Source of the DNA: Heptranchias perlo
Lineage: Eukaryota
Direction: 5' to 3'
NCBI RefSeq assembly: GCF_035084215.1
Contig: NC_090349.1
Location: forward strand, 10,168,001-10,232,000
DNA: 64,000 nucleotides
Made by a program: the position numbers and the translations under genes
In this document: positions 10,110-24,857 of the stretch, piece by piece
Layout of the letters: each line of letters opens with the position of its first letter
Position numbering within the stretch: the stretch's first letter is position 1
The notes under the pieces: model-generated
Database searches by the model: none
What the model was told of the DNA's origin: nothing
Seen by the model: only the letters and a program-made list of their open reading frames with translations

Positions 10110-12890
10110 AGGAGGCAGACATAGAGCAGTGGGTCAGTGGAGCCTGACATGCCCTCGGCTGAATTGAGGAGGCACATGGTGATGGAGCACCAGAGGGGGA
10201 TGATTTCCCTGTCCTCCATCAAGGACATATTGAACAACCTTGCTGGCCTAGTCTCAGAATCTGCTGTGCAGATCTGTGACATCATTGGACAGGCGGCAGT
10301 TGTAGCCCAGGAGCCCATCCAGCAGTTGACTCACCAAATGACTGCTGCCTTGGGCCATCCAGCAGGTCCCTGCAAGAGGACAATGAAATAGAAGCCACGG
10401 CTCCCAACTCGATGTAGGTTCAGGCTTCTGCGGTTCAGGCCTAAAGAGACAGACTGGAGTTCATCATAAGAGATGGCTTACAGTCCAACAATGAGACCTT
10501 ACGGGCATCGGAGCTGCCATCATTCCACCCATCGCGCAGTTGGTGAGCTTGTTGATGAACTCCGCATTGGTGGGTTGGCACGTAGGGTCCATGTGGCTGA
10601 TGCTTCCATCTCCATGGGTGGCAGCATCACCCTGGACTCCAGCCTTACAGCAGCAGGCATGTTGCCAGCTGTACATGGTAGGCCACATGAAGCAGCTCAG
10701 ATTTGCAATCATGGCATGCAGGCAGCAGCATCTTTGCTCCAGGAGCAGACGATTATAAGAGTCGGTGCGTTACAGGCACATGGCTCATTTCTTCACCACA
10801 CCACAGGTAGACGTGCCATCCACAGTGGCTGATGGACAGCATAGGGGGGCAGCAGGTAGACGAGCTTGTCTGGGAATGGCGGCCAAGCAAGGTGCCTTGA
10901 AAGAGCAAGGGGATTTTATTTCCTGTGTCTACCACCTCCACTTTCTCCTTCTTATCGTCCAGGTGGGGAGTTGAGAGAGAGTTGTTTGCACGTTTTTAAA
11001 TTTATAGAATTTTTGAATAGTTATTTGTTTATTTGCACTTTTCTTGTTTTTGAATAATTATTGAATTTTCATTTTGCACTTTCTTAAAGTTGAATAAATT
11101 TTGAACATTTTTGTACTTCTCCATGTGTACATTTCTGAATAAATATACCCATGTTAATTTTTTTAATACATATATGATGTAACAAATATGAGCAAGAAAC
11201 AAATTTAACTATATTTTTGAACTGCAAAATTCTATTAATTTAATGTTAACAGTTAACAATTGAAGATTGTAATAAATCTCTTTTGATTTTTAAAATGACA
11301 GTCTTCCTCTATTCTCAGTACGGGGAAGGGGGCATTTGGTGGGGCTCATTATGCAAAGAAATGTTGTATAAGCTGAGCTCTGACAGCCCTGCCCTGTTGC
11401 GCATTTGCCTCTTGTGCAGACTCAGCACCCCTCGCCTCCAATTCCTGAGGCACAACATTTAGCTCGACCAGCTCCTCTTCTGGGATGTCCAGGTCCAGAC
11501 CTTGTTCGAGAGTGAAATTATGCTCGGCATACTAAAATGATCCTGGCCACTCTCCCTCTCCCTCTCACGCCCCCAGATATGTCCAAGCACCTGAAGCAGC
11601 TCTTCAGCACCCCAACAGCTCTCTCCACGACCTGTCCAGTGGCGACATGGGCGAAATTGAATTTCACATCTGCCTCAGTGTGTTGTGTCCCAAATGGTGT
11701 CATCAGCCATGGGAGTAGGGGATATGCTTTGTCCCGCATTAGATCACCTTCCCTGACTATGTAGGCAATATAAGAGTTCCTCACGATAAAGGAATTGTGA
11801 GTTGAACCAGCGTCCATGGCATTCACGTGTAGGATTCATAAACGAGCATCACAAACTACCTGGACATTAAGCGAGAGGAATCCCTTCCTATTTAGTTGGC
11901 TGTGTGAGTCCTCACGCGTAACCTTCAATGCCACATGCCATTGATTGCTCTAAGCACCTTTGGGAAGCCAGCTATGTGCTAAAACTCCAGTGACCTCTGC
12001 CATTGTACTCTGGGAGTGTTAAATCAAATCTAATGAAGTCATTCATCTTGGGGAACAGGGCATCTGTCACCTGCCGGATGCTGGCCTTCTCTGCCTCTTG
12101 GCTGATCCAGTACAGCTGTCCCGTTGAAGACTAGAATGAGCCACTCCCGTAGAAATTTAAAGCCATTGTGAGCTTCATTTCAAAAGTGATCGCTGTGGTG
12201 GGTGATGATCGAGACATGATGTCCTCCCTCAGTAAATCGCAGAGCTGACTGATTGCTGCTTTGGTGAAGCATAGACGGTGCATGACTAGCTCCTCCAACA
12301 TCTCCTTGTAACTCAAGTGGGGCCTGTAAACACTAGAGTAGAGAAACTACGGATGGCATGAACTCTCTGCCTGTGCGACCTCCCCCATTGAACCTCAAGT
12401 CTATGTGTTTCGAGCCTCCACAGCTCTTTCTCCTCCTCCTCCTTTTTCTTCTCCTCATCTTCCTCCTCCAGCATTATAAAGAAGGGAGGGATAGCGAGAA
12501 AATGCACCATTTTAAACTCGATCATAACACAAACAAATGGTCAAAGTTGAAAGTCCTAGCACTACAATAAGCTTATAATAATGTAAATAAAAACTATATT
12601 TAACTGTTTAACTATTTCTCCAATGTATATGGTTCAACTTAAGTAAACTATTTGCTGCAGGCCTATACCTTGTTGAAATGATTGCTGGTCACTGCAGGAA
12701 GGCTGAAAATGACATGACATTGAGTGCATGCTGGTGCCTATGCACCGAAAGAAATGAGCGCAATTTTATGACCCTTTTCAACCGGCTGAAAATGCCCGCA
12801 ATCGACAGATACTCGCCATCCTCATTATTTTGATCTGGGGGCATGGCTAGTTTTGTGGGTGGGGCCGGCTTCGAGCGCAATGATTTTTAA
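10110..12890 (-). mobile_element. PIF/Harbinger DNA transposon remnant
   Basis: Minus-strand HARBI1-like transposase fragments (KLTMALNFYGSGSF; GSTHNSFI; DKAYPLLPWLMTPF; VVERAVGVLKSCFRCLD) at 11518-12330. A convergent second-ORF remnant on + near 10137-10970 matches 47150-47310. Confidence 0.8.
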
Positions 12891-13029
12891 ACCAGTTTTA
12901 AAGATCATGGAAACAAGGTTTATACTTGACATAACTTATGCTTGAGTTTCCACAATCTTTTGCACTGGTTTGTCCAGATTGCATTGATAAAACAAATGGA
13001 AACTAGTGGAAACTCTAGGACATTATTTT

Positions 13030-16000
13030 TAGCACAATAAAGAACTTTGAATTCACAGGAGCAGACCATACATTGACCACTTTGCCTCCAAGGGGCCTGG
13101 AAAAAATAACATAAGTCTGAAGATAAAGAAATAGAAGATGAGAGTACGGTCAAGATAAGGAACAGGGATAACATAAACGGTCAGGCTATTAAAAATAAAG
13201 TGAGAGGAACAATAATTAAAAACAAATTAAATTGCCTGTACAGCAATGTGCACAGCATCCAAAACCTACCGGGGGAACTGGAAGCAGTAATTTGTAGCGA
13301 GGAGTCAGATGTAGTAGGGATAACTAAAGAACAGGACTGGTAGTTAAATATTGCAGGATATAACATATTTAGAAAAGATAGGGAAGGAAGAAGAAGGGAT
13401 GGAGTAGCAGTATTAATTAGACACAACATAGTGGCAACAGAAAAAAGGGACATAAGAAATATTAAGGTAGAAACATAATCCATATGGACTGAGACAAAGA
13501 ATAACAAGGGATCGATCACATTAATAAACATATTCTACAGACAACCTAATAGTGGAAGGGAAGTAAAGGAAGAAATATGTAGGTAAATCTATGAAATTAG
13601 TTTTAAAAAATCAAATTATAATCATGGGAGATTTCAACTATCCAAATAAACGGGCAAGAAGAGGTAGCAAAAGTGGAAAGGGGGAATAGAGTTTTTACAG
13701 TGCGTATATGATTCCTTTCTTACCCAGTATGTGAGAAGCCCAGCTAAAGAGGAATCACAGCTGGATCTAGTAATGGGAAATGAACCAGAGCAGATAAGAG
13801 AAATAAGCGTAGAGGAACATCTAGGCACTAGTGATCATAACATAATAAGGTTTAAAATACTGATTGAGAAAGATATATGTAAGACAAAGACCAAAGTAAT
13901 AGATTGGGGAAAAAAACTAATTTTGAGGGGATGAGAATGGATCTAGGGAAAGCAATCTGGAAGAAAATGTTGACAGACAAAGAGATAGAACAGCAGTGGG
14001 AAATATTTAAAATGATGACCAATAGAGTTTGGGAGAAATATATTCCCTAAAAAACAAGAACAAACTAGCCAATAATGAAACACCATGGATGAATAAAGAG
14101 ATAAGGGTAAAATTCAAACTAAAGAAAGAGGCATACTCTAAGTACATAGACAATAAAGGAAAGGATGAAAAAGGGGAATATGAAGAGGTTAGGAAGAATG
14201 TGAAAAAAACAATTAGGAAAGCAAAGAGGAACTACAAAACTAAATTATCAAGGAATATAAAAAGAAATAGTAAACCATTCTACAGACACATAAATAACAA
14301 AAGAAAAGTTAGGATAGGGATAGGGCCACTCGGGGATGCACAAGATAAACTCACAGGTAATGACAGCGAAATGGCAGAAATATTGAATAGATATTTTGCC
14401 TCAGTATTTACCAGGGAGAATAACAAGGTGAGTATGACATTAGGAGAGGAGATCAAAAAAGGCATGAAGACATTTAAGATAGAAAGGGGGAAGATAATTG
14501 ACAAACTAATCAAACTTAGAGGTGATAAAACCCCTGGTCTGGATGGATTGCATCCACGCATATTAAAAGAAGTTAGGGAAGAGATAGCAGAAGCACTATT
14601 ACACATATATAAAAATTCATTAGATAAGGAAATAGTGCCAGAGGACTGGCAGACAGCTAATGTTATTCCTATATTTAAAAAGGGGGCTAGAACAAGTCCA
14701 GGAAACTATAGACCAATTAGCTTAACGTCAGTGGTAGACAAGATAATGGAACCTTTACTCAAGGATGTAATAGAGAAACATATAGAAAACGAGAACATAA
14801 TGATGCTGAGTCATTGAGTCTATTCAAGACAGAGATGGATAGATTTTTGGAATCTAGGGGAATCGAGGGATATGGGGATCAAGCGGGAAAGTGGAGTTGA
14901 GGGTGAAGATCAGCCATGGTCTGACTGAATGGCGGAACAGGCTCAAGGAGTCATGTGGCCAACTCCTGCTCCTATTTCTTATGTTCTTATGTTCTTATAA
15001 TAGAGTAGTGTTGACCAGAAGTCACCGGTTAACGGTTTTAGCTTAGTACACAGAGGAAGAGTCAATTCTCTCTTAATTCTCAATTCGCTTTATTAACGTT
15101 ATTAGATCATGTACATACTGCTTATACGTCTAGTTAGATATAGGCATGTAGTTTACAGCAGGTTATACAGGTTTATACTCAAACTAGGATTTAAACGCAC
15201 ACCCACTAGGTTTCTCTAGTAATACTCCCCGAGTATCAGGCTTTAAACGCACACCCACTAGGTTTCCTGACGACACTCCCAGAGTGGTCCCAGAATAGAA
15301 AGGATATTATATTACCCGGAAAAGAGAGATGCTGCTGGCCAGGCAATTCTCCCTCTTACTCCCGACGTCGTCTCCACGTCCTCGACGCAGTCTTTACGTC
15401 CCTGACGTAAGGTTCCCACTTCCACGAGGGTTAGTTTCCAGAGTCTCCCAGAGTCTCCTTCACAAACAAAGACGCACCAACAAAAACACACACACACACA
15501 CACTCTCTCTCTCTCTTGCTCACAAACAAACAAAGACACACACTGAGCCCAAGCCAGCAACTCTTCAGCTTTTATTCCCCAAGTCTGTCTTTTCGAACGA
15601 TGCTGTCTTCTCCGGTTGGCTCAAAGTTGCTGGAGTGACCGATGTCATCCCCTGATTGGCTCTGTTCCAAGGGCTCAGGTAGCATCACCGTTTCTTTGTC
15701 TCTGTAAGAAGCGGAACGAATTCAAACCGGTTCTGGCCAGTTCAGACCAGTGACTGAACTCCAGGTCACCTCAGTTCAAAAGGTCAGTGTCTTTGTTAGC
15801 ACTTTGAATTCAGCTCAGCAGTCTTCTGCAGCCTCTGGCCAACAGTAGCCAACACAGATTTCAGAAGGGAAAGTCATGCTTGACCAACCCTTGAAGAAGC
15901 AACAGAAAGAATGCAGTAGATGTATATATTTGGATTTTCAAAAGGCTTTCAATAAGGTACCACATTGTAGCCTCATGACCAAGGCCAGAGCATGTGGAGT

Positions 16001-17110
16001 CATGGGACAGGTAGCAGAATGGATAGCAAGCTGGCTGCAAAACAGAAAACAGAGAGTAGGGATTAAGGGTAGCTACTCAGACTGGCAAAAGGTGGGAAGT
16101 GTGTTCCGCAGGGATTGGTGCTTGAACCACTGTTGTTCACAATTTACATCAACAATTGGACTCGGGAATAGGAAGTACAATTTCAAAGTTTGCAAACGGC
16201 ACAAAATTGTGGGATATAGTTAATACAAAGGAAGAATGTGTTAAAATGCAAGAAGACATTAATAAACTTGTAGAATGGATTTGTTATTGGCAAATGAATT
16301 TCAATATAGATAAGTGTGAGGTGGTGCATTTTGGTAGAAGGAATAAGGAGGCCACATATCACTTGGCTAATAAGAGTCAAAATTGGATAGAGGAACAAAG
16401 GGATCTAGGGGAATAGATACATAAATCACTACAACTAGCGATGCAGGTTATTTAGGCCATAAAAAAGCAAACCAGGCACTGGGGTTCATTCCTAGAGGGA
16501 TAGAATTGAAAAGCAGAGAAGTTATGTTAAACCTGTCTAGAACCTTGGTTAAACCACACTTGGAGTACTGTGCACAGTTCTGTTCTCCATAATATGAAAA
16601 CGATACAGAGGCATTGGAGAAGGTGCAAAAAAGATTCACAAGGACGTTACCAGAACTGAGAGCATATTCGTATCAGGAAAGACGAAACAGGCTGGGGCAC
16701 TTTTCTCCAGAAATGAGAAAGCTGACGGGTAACCTGAAAGAGATCTTTAAGGTAATGAAAGGGTTTGATAGGGTAGAAATAGAGAAAAAATTTCCACTTG
16801 TGGGGGTGTCCAAAACTAGAGGTCATCAATGTAAGATGGTCACTAATAAATCCAATAGGGAATTCAGGATAAAAGTCTTTACCCAAAGAGTGATAAGAAT
16901 GTGGAATGCACTACCACAAGGAGTAGTTGAGGCAAATAGCATTGATGCATTTAAGGGGCAGCAAGATAAGCAGGCAAGGGAGAAAGAAATAGACGGGTAT
17001 GTTGATAGGGGTAGATAAAGTAGGGAAGGAGGAGGCTCGTGTGGAGCATAAACGCTGACATAGACCAGTTGGGCCGAAAGGCCTGTTTCTGTGCTGCCGA
17101 CTCAATGTAA
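13030..17110 (+). mobile_element. CR1 LINE ORF2 (endonuclease + RT), decayed, with nested insertions
   Basis: LGTSDHNII, TPWMNKEI, KTPGLDGLHPRILKE, NYRPISLTSVV, YLDFQKAF, FANGTKL and a CR1 C-terminus. Interrupted by a CR1 3' tail (14802-14998) and an LTR. Confidence 0.9.
15009..15844 (-). mobile_element. Solo LTR-like element with a 4-bp target-site duplication
   Basis: TGTTGACCAGA...TCTGGCCAACA (TG..CA, 10/11 inverted termini) flanked by GTAG at 15005-15008 and 15845-15848. A minus-strand AATAAA lies near 15089. A related deleted copy is at 54868-55092. Confidence 0.75.
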
Positions 17111-17117
17111 CTCATTG

Positions 17118-20100
17118 TTTTATTTTTATTCGTTCATGGAATGTGGACGTAGCTGGCAAGGCCGGCATTTATTGCCCATCCTTAATTGCCCTTGAGAAGG
17201 TGGTGGTGAGCTGCCTTCTTGAACCACTGCAGTCCATGTGGTGAAGGTTCTCCCACAGTGCTGTTAGGAAGGGAGTTCCAGGATTTTGACCCAGCGACGA
17301 TGAAGGAATGGCAATATATTTCCAAGTCAGGATGGTGTGTGACTTGGAGGGGAACGTGCAGGTGGTGTTGTTCCCATGTACCTGCTGCTATTGTCCTTCT
17401 AGGTGGTAGAGATCGCGGGTTTGGGAGGTACTATCGAAGAGGCCTTGGTGAGTTGCTGCACTGCATCCTGTGGATGGTACACACTGCAGCCACTTGCGCC
17501 GGTGGTGAAGGGAGTGAATGTTTAGGGTGGTGGATGGGGTGCCAATCAATTGGGCTGCTTTTGTCCTGGATCGTGTCGAGCATCTTGAGTGTTGTTGGAG
17601 CTGCACTCATCCAGGCAAGTGGAGAGTATTCCATCACACTCCTGACTTGTGCCTTGTAGATGGTGGAACGGCTTTGGGGAGTCAGGAGTGAGTCACTCGC
17701 CGCAGAATGCCCAGCCTCTGACCTGCTCTTGTAGCCACAGTATTTATATGGCTGGTCCAGTTAAGTTTCTGGTCAATGGTGACCCCCAGGATGTTGATGG
17801 TGGGGGATTCGGCGATGGTAATGCCATTGAATGTCAAGGGGAGGTGGTTAGACTCTCTTGTTGGAGACAGTCATTGCCTGGCACTTGTCTGGCGCGAATG
17901 TTACTTGCCACGTATCAGCCCAAGCCTGGATGTTGTCCAGGTCTTGCTGCATTCGGGCTCGGACTGCTTCATTATCTGAGGGGTTGCGAATGGAACTGAA
18001 CACTGTGCAATCATCAGCGAACATCCCCATTTCTGACCTTATGATGGAGGGAAGGTCATTGATGAAGCAGCTGAAGATGATTGGGCCTAGGACACTGCCC
18101 TAAGGAACTCCTGCAACAATGTCCTGGGGCTGAGATGATTGGCCTCCAACAACCACTACCATCTTCCTTTGTGCTAGGTATGACTCCAGCCACTGGAGAG
18201 TTTTCCCCCTGATTCCCATTGACTTCAATTTTACTAGGGCTCCTTGGTGCCACACTTGGTCAAATGCTGCCTTGATGTCAAGGGCAGTCACTCTCACCTC
18301 ACCTCTGGAATTCAGCTCTTTTGTCCATGTTTGGACCAAGGCTGGAATGAGGTCTGAAGCCGAGTGGTCCTGGCGGAACCCAAACTGAGCATCGATGAGC
18401 AGGTTATTGATGAGTTAGTGCCGCTTGATAGCACTGTCGACGACACCTTCCATCATTTGGCTGATGATTGAGAGTAGACTGATGGGGCGGTAATTGGCCG
18501 GATTCGATTTGTCCTGCTTTTTGTAGACAGGACATACCTGGGCAATTTTCCACATTGTCTAGATGCCAGTGTTGTAGCTGTACTGGAACAGCTTGGCTAG
18601 AGGCGCAGCTAGTTCTGGAGCACAAGTCTTCAGCACTACAGCCGAGATGTTGTCAGGGCCCATAGCCTCTGCTGTATCCAGTGCACTCAGCCGTTTCTTG
18701 ATATCACGTGGAGTGAATCGAATTGGCTCAAGACTGGCTTCTGTGATGGTGGGGACATCGGGAGGAGGCCGAGATGGATCATCCACTCGACACTTCTGGC
18801 TGAAGATGGTTGCAAACACTTCAGCCTTGTCTTTTGCACTCACGTGCTGGACTCTGCCATCATTGAGGATGGGGATGTTTACAGAGTCTTCTCTTCCCGT
18901 TAGTTGTTCAATTGTCCACCACCATTCACGACTGGATGTGGCAGGACTGCAGAGCTTTGATCTGATCCGTTGGTTGTGGAATCGCTTCACCCTGTCTATA
19001 GCATGTTGCTTCCGCTGATTAGCATGCATGTAGTCCTGTGTTGTAGCTTCACCAGGTTGGCACCTCACTTTTAGGTATGCCGGGTGCTGCTCCTGACATG
19101 CTCTTCTACACTCCTCATTGAACCAGGGTTGATCCCCTGGCTTGTTGGTAATCATAGAGTGAGGAATATGCCGGGCCATGAGGTTACAGGTTGTGCTGGA
19201 ATACAATTCTGCTGCTGCTGATGGCCCACAGTGCCTCATGGAGGCCCAGTTTTGAGCTACTAGATCTGTTCTGAATCTATCTAGCACGGTGGTAGTGCCA
19301 CACAACATATTGGATGGTGTCCTCACTACGAGGACGGGACTTTATATCCCCAAGGACTGTACGGTGGTCACTCCTACCAATACTGTCATGGACAGATGCA
19401 TTTGCGACAGGTAGATTGGTGAGGACGAGGTCAAGTAAGTTTTTCCCTCATGTTAGTTCGCTCACCACCTGCTGCACGCCCAGTCTAGCAGCTATGTCCT
19501 TTAGGACTCGGCCAGCTCGGTCAGTAGTGGTGCTACCGAGCCACTCTTGGTGATGGACATTGAAGTCCCCCACCCAGAGTACATTCTGTGCCCTTGCAAC
19601 CCTCAGTGCTTCCTCCAAGTGGTGGTCAACATGGAGGAGGACTGATTCATCAGCTGAGGGAGGGCGGTAGGTGGTAATCAGCAGGAGGTTTCCTTGCTCA
19701 TGTTTGACCTGATGCCATGAGATTTCATGGGGTCCAGAGTCAATGTTGAGGACTCCCTCCTGACTGTATATCACTGCACCGCCACCTCTGGTGGGTCTGT
19801 CCTGCCGGTGGGACAGGACATACCCAGGGATGTTGATGGAAGAGTCTGGGACATTAGCTGAAAGGTATGATTCTGTGAGTATGGCTATGTCAGGCTGTTG
19901 CTTGACTAGTCTGTGGGACAGCTCTCCCAATTTTGGCACAAGTCCCCAGATGTTAGTGAGGAGGACTTTGCAGGGTTGACTGGGCTGGGCTTGGTTTGGT
20001 TTGCCTTTGTCGTGTCTGGTGCCTAGTGGTCCATCGGGTTTTATATTTATTGTGAATTTTTTTATCGAGATTTTACAACTGAGTGGCTTGCTAGGCCATT

Positions 20101-20402
20101 TCAGAGGGCAATTAAGAATCAACCACATTGCTGTCTGGAGTCACATGTAGGCCAGACCGGGTAAAGACGGCAGGTTTCTTTCCCTCAACAACATTAGTGA
20201 ACCAGATGGGTTTTTACGACAATCCGGTAGTTTCATGGCCACCATTACTGATACTAGTATTTTAATTCCAGATTTTTTTATTTAATTAATTGAATTTAAA
20301 TTCCCCAGCTGCTGTGGCGGGATTTGAACTCGTGACTCTGGATTATTAGTCTAAGCCTTTGGATTACTCGTCCAGTAACATAACCACTATGCTACCGTAC
20401 CC
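17118..20402 (-). mobile_element. Full-length single-ORF CR1-group LINE with a tRNA-like 5' head, decayed
   Basis: APE domain (NIWGL..ILTESYL..GDFNVHH) and RT (ALDIKAAFD, MFADDCT). 3' end GGGCAATAAATGC..A-rich. 5' end GGGTACGGTAGCATAGTGG...GAGTTCAAATCC. Confidence 0.88.
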
Positions 20403-20947
20403 TTGATAAACCTCAGCTAATCTCGGACTCTGGAGAAAATCGCAGAAAATGTATTTGGATTCATGCAATGCCGGCTTACCGCCACCAGAGGACGCCAGAA
20501 TTCCGATAAGTCACGGTCATTGGTTCAGCAAAACGGGGCGCTGTAAAGTGTTGCCCAAAACGTTAAAATCAACACAAACATCAGACGGCTATGGGCACAG
20601 TTACCACGTATTAATTTTATGAGGAAAATAAACTAATTTTTTAAACATAATATTATTTTAAGTCTGTAATAATATTGCAGTTTTGAAGATTTTAATTACA
20701 ATGGTGGATTACAGTGTTGTGGATGAATTTCAACTTCACTTATTGGTGAAGGGCAGAACCAAGGACCCCCGTGATTTGTATTTGACACACAGGAGCGCAC
20801 CTCATGTGAGTTCCGCTTGGCGGCTGATAGTCAGCTCGCACGGTACATGTTCCATTCTCCATTGCAATCCTACTGGTCTGAACACCAGACTCTGGTCTTA
20901 CAACCTGCACTTCACTTTCACTGAACCAAGACCAAGATAATTTCATC

Positions 20948-21495
20948 ATTATGTTAAACCTTTAGAAAACACTGGTTATGCTCCACACTTTAGCGGGCGG
21001 AGTGTTAAGGCCTTGGAGAGGGTGCAGAGGCGATTTACTAGAATGGTACCTGAAGTGGGACTTCAGTTATGTGGAGAGACTAGAGAAGCTGGGATTGTTC
21101 TTAAAGCAGAGAAGCTTAAGGGGAGATTTGGTAGAGGTGTTCAAAATCATGAACGGTTTTGATAGAGTAAATAAGAAGAAATTGTTTCCAGTGACAGAAG
21201 GGTCAGTAACCAGAGGACAGAGATTTAAGGTAATTGGCAAAAGAACCAGAGGTGACATGACTGGAAAAAAAATTACTCAGCGAATTGTTATGATCTGGAA
21301 TGCACGGCCTGAAAGGGTGGTGGAAACAGATTCAATGGTAACTTTCAAGAGGGAATTGGATAAATATTTGAAGGGGAAAAATTTGCAGGGCTATGAGGAA
21401 AGAGCAGGGGTGTGGGACTAATTGGTTAGCTCTTTCAAAGAGCGACACGGGCACGATGGGCCTCCTTCTGTGCTGTATCATTCTATGATTCTATG
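20948..21495 (+). mobile_element. CR1 LINE 3' fragment
   Basis: LEKLGLF..LRGDLVEVFKIMNGFDRV..FKRELDKYL and a (TTCTATGA)n tail. Confidence 0.85.
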
Positions 21496-24400
21496 AAACA
21501 CACCAGGGTCTGACAAAGAGCAATTTATGGCTCTGGTTACTTGATCAGGTAAAACTTTCAACGCAGTGATCATCTTCTGACCTCACGAGCACAAGTGAAC
21601 CGTCGCCGGTGGGAGATCACATAGTCAGTGCTGTTCCACGGACGCAGCACTCGGTAAAACAGTTATTTAGCCAGCGCACAGACAGTCTCAGGCCAAAGAG
21701 TACAAGGGGATCAGGGTGTTCTCCCGATATTCCGGGTAATTTTGGCGGAAGATCAGCTGAAACTCCAGAGAAACGGCGTTAACGACCGTTTGTGATTTTT
21801 TTTCTGGGGTTCTGCTGATCTACCACTGAAGTTGGGGTAGGAACTCTGGAGAATCCCAGTGGAAATTCTACCACAGGTGTTTTAAGTGTGGCAAGGTGGA
21901 ACACAAGGGCAATCTCTGCTAGATTTTAGAAATGGGAGAGAGGGACGGGTGTATATTTTCAACTTGCCACCAGGCGTATAATTGGCATTGCTGGTTGGCT
22001 GCCTGTTATAGAAATTGCCTGATAGATATTTCCAGCCGATCGGCAATGTCAGTTTTATGAAAAGCTACGCCCACTCACCACCCCCCCCCCCCCCCCCAAA
22101 TAGAAACTAGGCGAGCAAATGAGCCGGTAATTTTGAGGTGGCGAGTTATGCAGTGGTTGCAGATGTAGACAGATTGACTCCTTACCTTCACCCAATCATG
22201 GCGGGAGCATGCAACAATAACAACAACTTGCATTTATAAGGTGAATGTCGAGCCAATGAATGAGCGGTGACCATAAGTTTGGTGAAAGAGGTGAGTTGTA
22301 CGAGTTGTTAAAGGAGGAGAGGGAGGGAATTCCAGAGTGTGGAGACTAGTTGGCTGAAGGCACAGTCGCCAATAGTGGAGTGCAGAGAAGGCTATGCACA
22401 GAATGGAGTTACAGAACACCAGTTGTTGCTTCACAAGAGTACGCGCTCACTTGGTGCAGTATAACCACTGTGTGAGAGGCGAAGTTGCTCACATTCAGGA
22501 ACTTTGGAAGACCACAAGGTTACTCATGGCTAGAGTTTGGCTGCAGTGTTTAAAATATGCAGATGTGACAAAGTGAATTCTATTGATCCATGTCAGTGAA
22601 GGTTTTGATTGGCTCTGATAACGATGCCGAAAGATTACCGACATGCAGCTCAGGGAAGAGGAGTCCAGAGCGATACAGGCCTTCTTAGTTCACCATAGTG
22701 GGCTGCAGAACTCGCTGATCAAGTGGCACAAGGTTCGGGGCTTTACCACTTGAACAGTCGGGGGGAAATTTAATTTCAGGCAGAGGAGTTGGGTTAGCTT
22801 CAAGCACAACGGAGGAATGCGGGTGGCGGCAACCAGTACAGAAAATAAATGCAGCGATTTCACTGCACAGGGAGGTCTGGATAGTACAAGATGAAGGGTA
22901 TTGAAAGAGGAGCACAAAGCGAGTCACACCTGAAGGTTTGGGGGAAGTCGAACAGAAAGCTCATATCTCCCTTCACAGTTTAAAGTTCAAAACGTACCAT
23001 GTGGTGGGGGGGGGGAGGGGGTCTTTCACCATAAAGGGGAATCTAACGTGACCAGGGAGCAGTTCTGCACTACTCCTCATTCAGGACAAGATATTCTTAT
23101 GTGATTTACCTGTTCAAGGGAGGGCTTCAAAGGTCAGATCCCCAGCTGGGATCGAGAAACTGTTCATCGGACATGGATATAACAGCTCGGTGGATAGCGA
23201 ATCGGCGGGAACAGCCTTTGATGAATCTCGTGGTTAGCACCCAGCTACTGGTTCAGGATAAAGCTGTCAGTGGTTGATGGTTTGGCTGAAGGATCCACAC
23301 AGGGAATGCTGTGTCAGCTAAGTGACGTCAGCCGGGCCTGCTGCAGAATAGATGGAACCAGGGTTAGACTAAGGGATCGAGTTCCATGTCTATTGGGCAG
23401 GCCTAGCCCGTGGATCCCGTATGGTCTGGGGAGATTGGCCACCGTGGTGACAGGCCTGGTGTAGGGCATACAGTCTTTGTGAGTGAGCCGTGACGCTCAC
23501 ATATGATGGTCCTGTCCTGAAGGGGAGGGGGATTTCATTTTGAGATTGTTGACTGTTTTCCCTATGGGAGGGTTTCAGATTAATTTATACTAAGATTGTG
23601 CTATTGTTAAATTCAGCTGATAAGGGAAAAATCCACATGATGCCCCCTGCTTCTCGGGTATAGATTGGATCCAGTTGAAGTGTCTGTCCAGGATGGTGTT
23701 TCTCGCAAACCACATCAGTTTGAGACAATGGATTCTGTGAAGATACTCTAGTAAAATATCACACTAATATTTTGGAATGGATTCATTGATTTGACCCCAG
23801 CAGCGGGTAACTGCCAGGAGTACACGTCTAGGAAGACCTTAGCAGACTTGATTGGCAGCTCAACTGACCAATCTCTGGTCACGTCTTTGGCTTCCTATCG
23901 ACCTGACCACAAGACCAGACTGCAAAACTTTGGAGTGGAAACAGTGACAGAGGTTCTCTCGTCCCAAGCTTAGGGCCAGTCAGTACAACGAATAAGTGAC
24001 CTGTGAAAATTAAGCTTGGACTGTATCAGGGTCTAGGATTCTGCAATTTGTGATATTTTATGTGTATGAGGACCATCGGGATTAGATTTAATTTCAGTCG
24101 AAACTGTACTTTGTTCATTCATATGTTACATGTTAAATAAACCAACTTGTTGGTTTACAATTGGCCTCGTCTCACTAGAGTGTTTATCAGCCCGGCTTCT
24201 GTAACATAATAAATGCACGACCCGAGGTATGTGTGAGATTACAGTATCCACGACACACAACCTGGGTTTTCATTGTTACTGTGCCGACACAGACTAGTAC
24301 AATTAGATATTGAGCAGTAAAGGTAAACTCTTGATCCTAGAGAATATATTCGGCCTGTTTATCTGAATGCCCGGTGACGCTGAACGCAGCTGGTGCAGGA

Positions 24401-24857
24401 AATGTGTAACAGGAAGTATCATACTGATGCTGCAGGGATCTGAAGTTCCAACTATGCAGATTACTGAAGAACAGTAGATGGAGTTGTACTCTGAAACTGG
24501 AGGTGCTATACCTGACCTGGGAGTGCTTGACATTGACATGAGATGCCTGAAATGGGAGGTCTTTATCCCCCACTGCTTACATTCCTTACATTCATAAGAA
24601 GAAAATTTCGCAGAAACGTGACTCGGACATAACAACATTCAAAGCAAAAAATATATATTTCAGCTAACCATCATTAAAACGTATATTTCAAAAATAAGAA
24701 TTAAGTTTATATCCCAGATTATATCACCGTTACTGCACTTCTTTGTTCGCGTGGCAGCTATAATGGCCAAGTTGAATATCTCATTCAAAAAGGTTACTTA
24801 AACGAAAGAGAAGGTTACTTAATTGAAGAGTCCTCCCGCGGAGTTTCTATTTTATAT

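Noticed and set aside
12313-12570. Poly-Glu and poly-Leu ORFs
   Set aside because: A (CTC/CTT)n low-complexity tract at the start of the Harbinger transposase remnant, not an independent gene.
22564-24206. Possible long solo LTR (TGTGACA...AATAAA...TGTAACA)
   Set aside because: No matching target-site duplication, no second copy and no coding remnant, so the boundaries are unsupported.
24387-24417. E-box plus two ETS sites as a candidate 3' enhancer
   Set aside because: Short motifs expected by chance, with no independent support.
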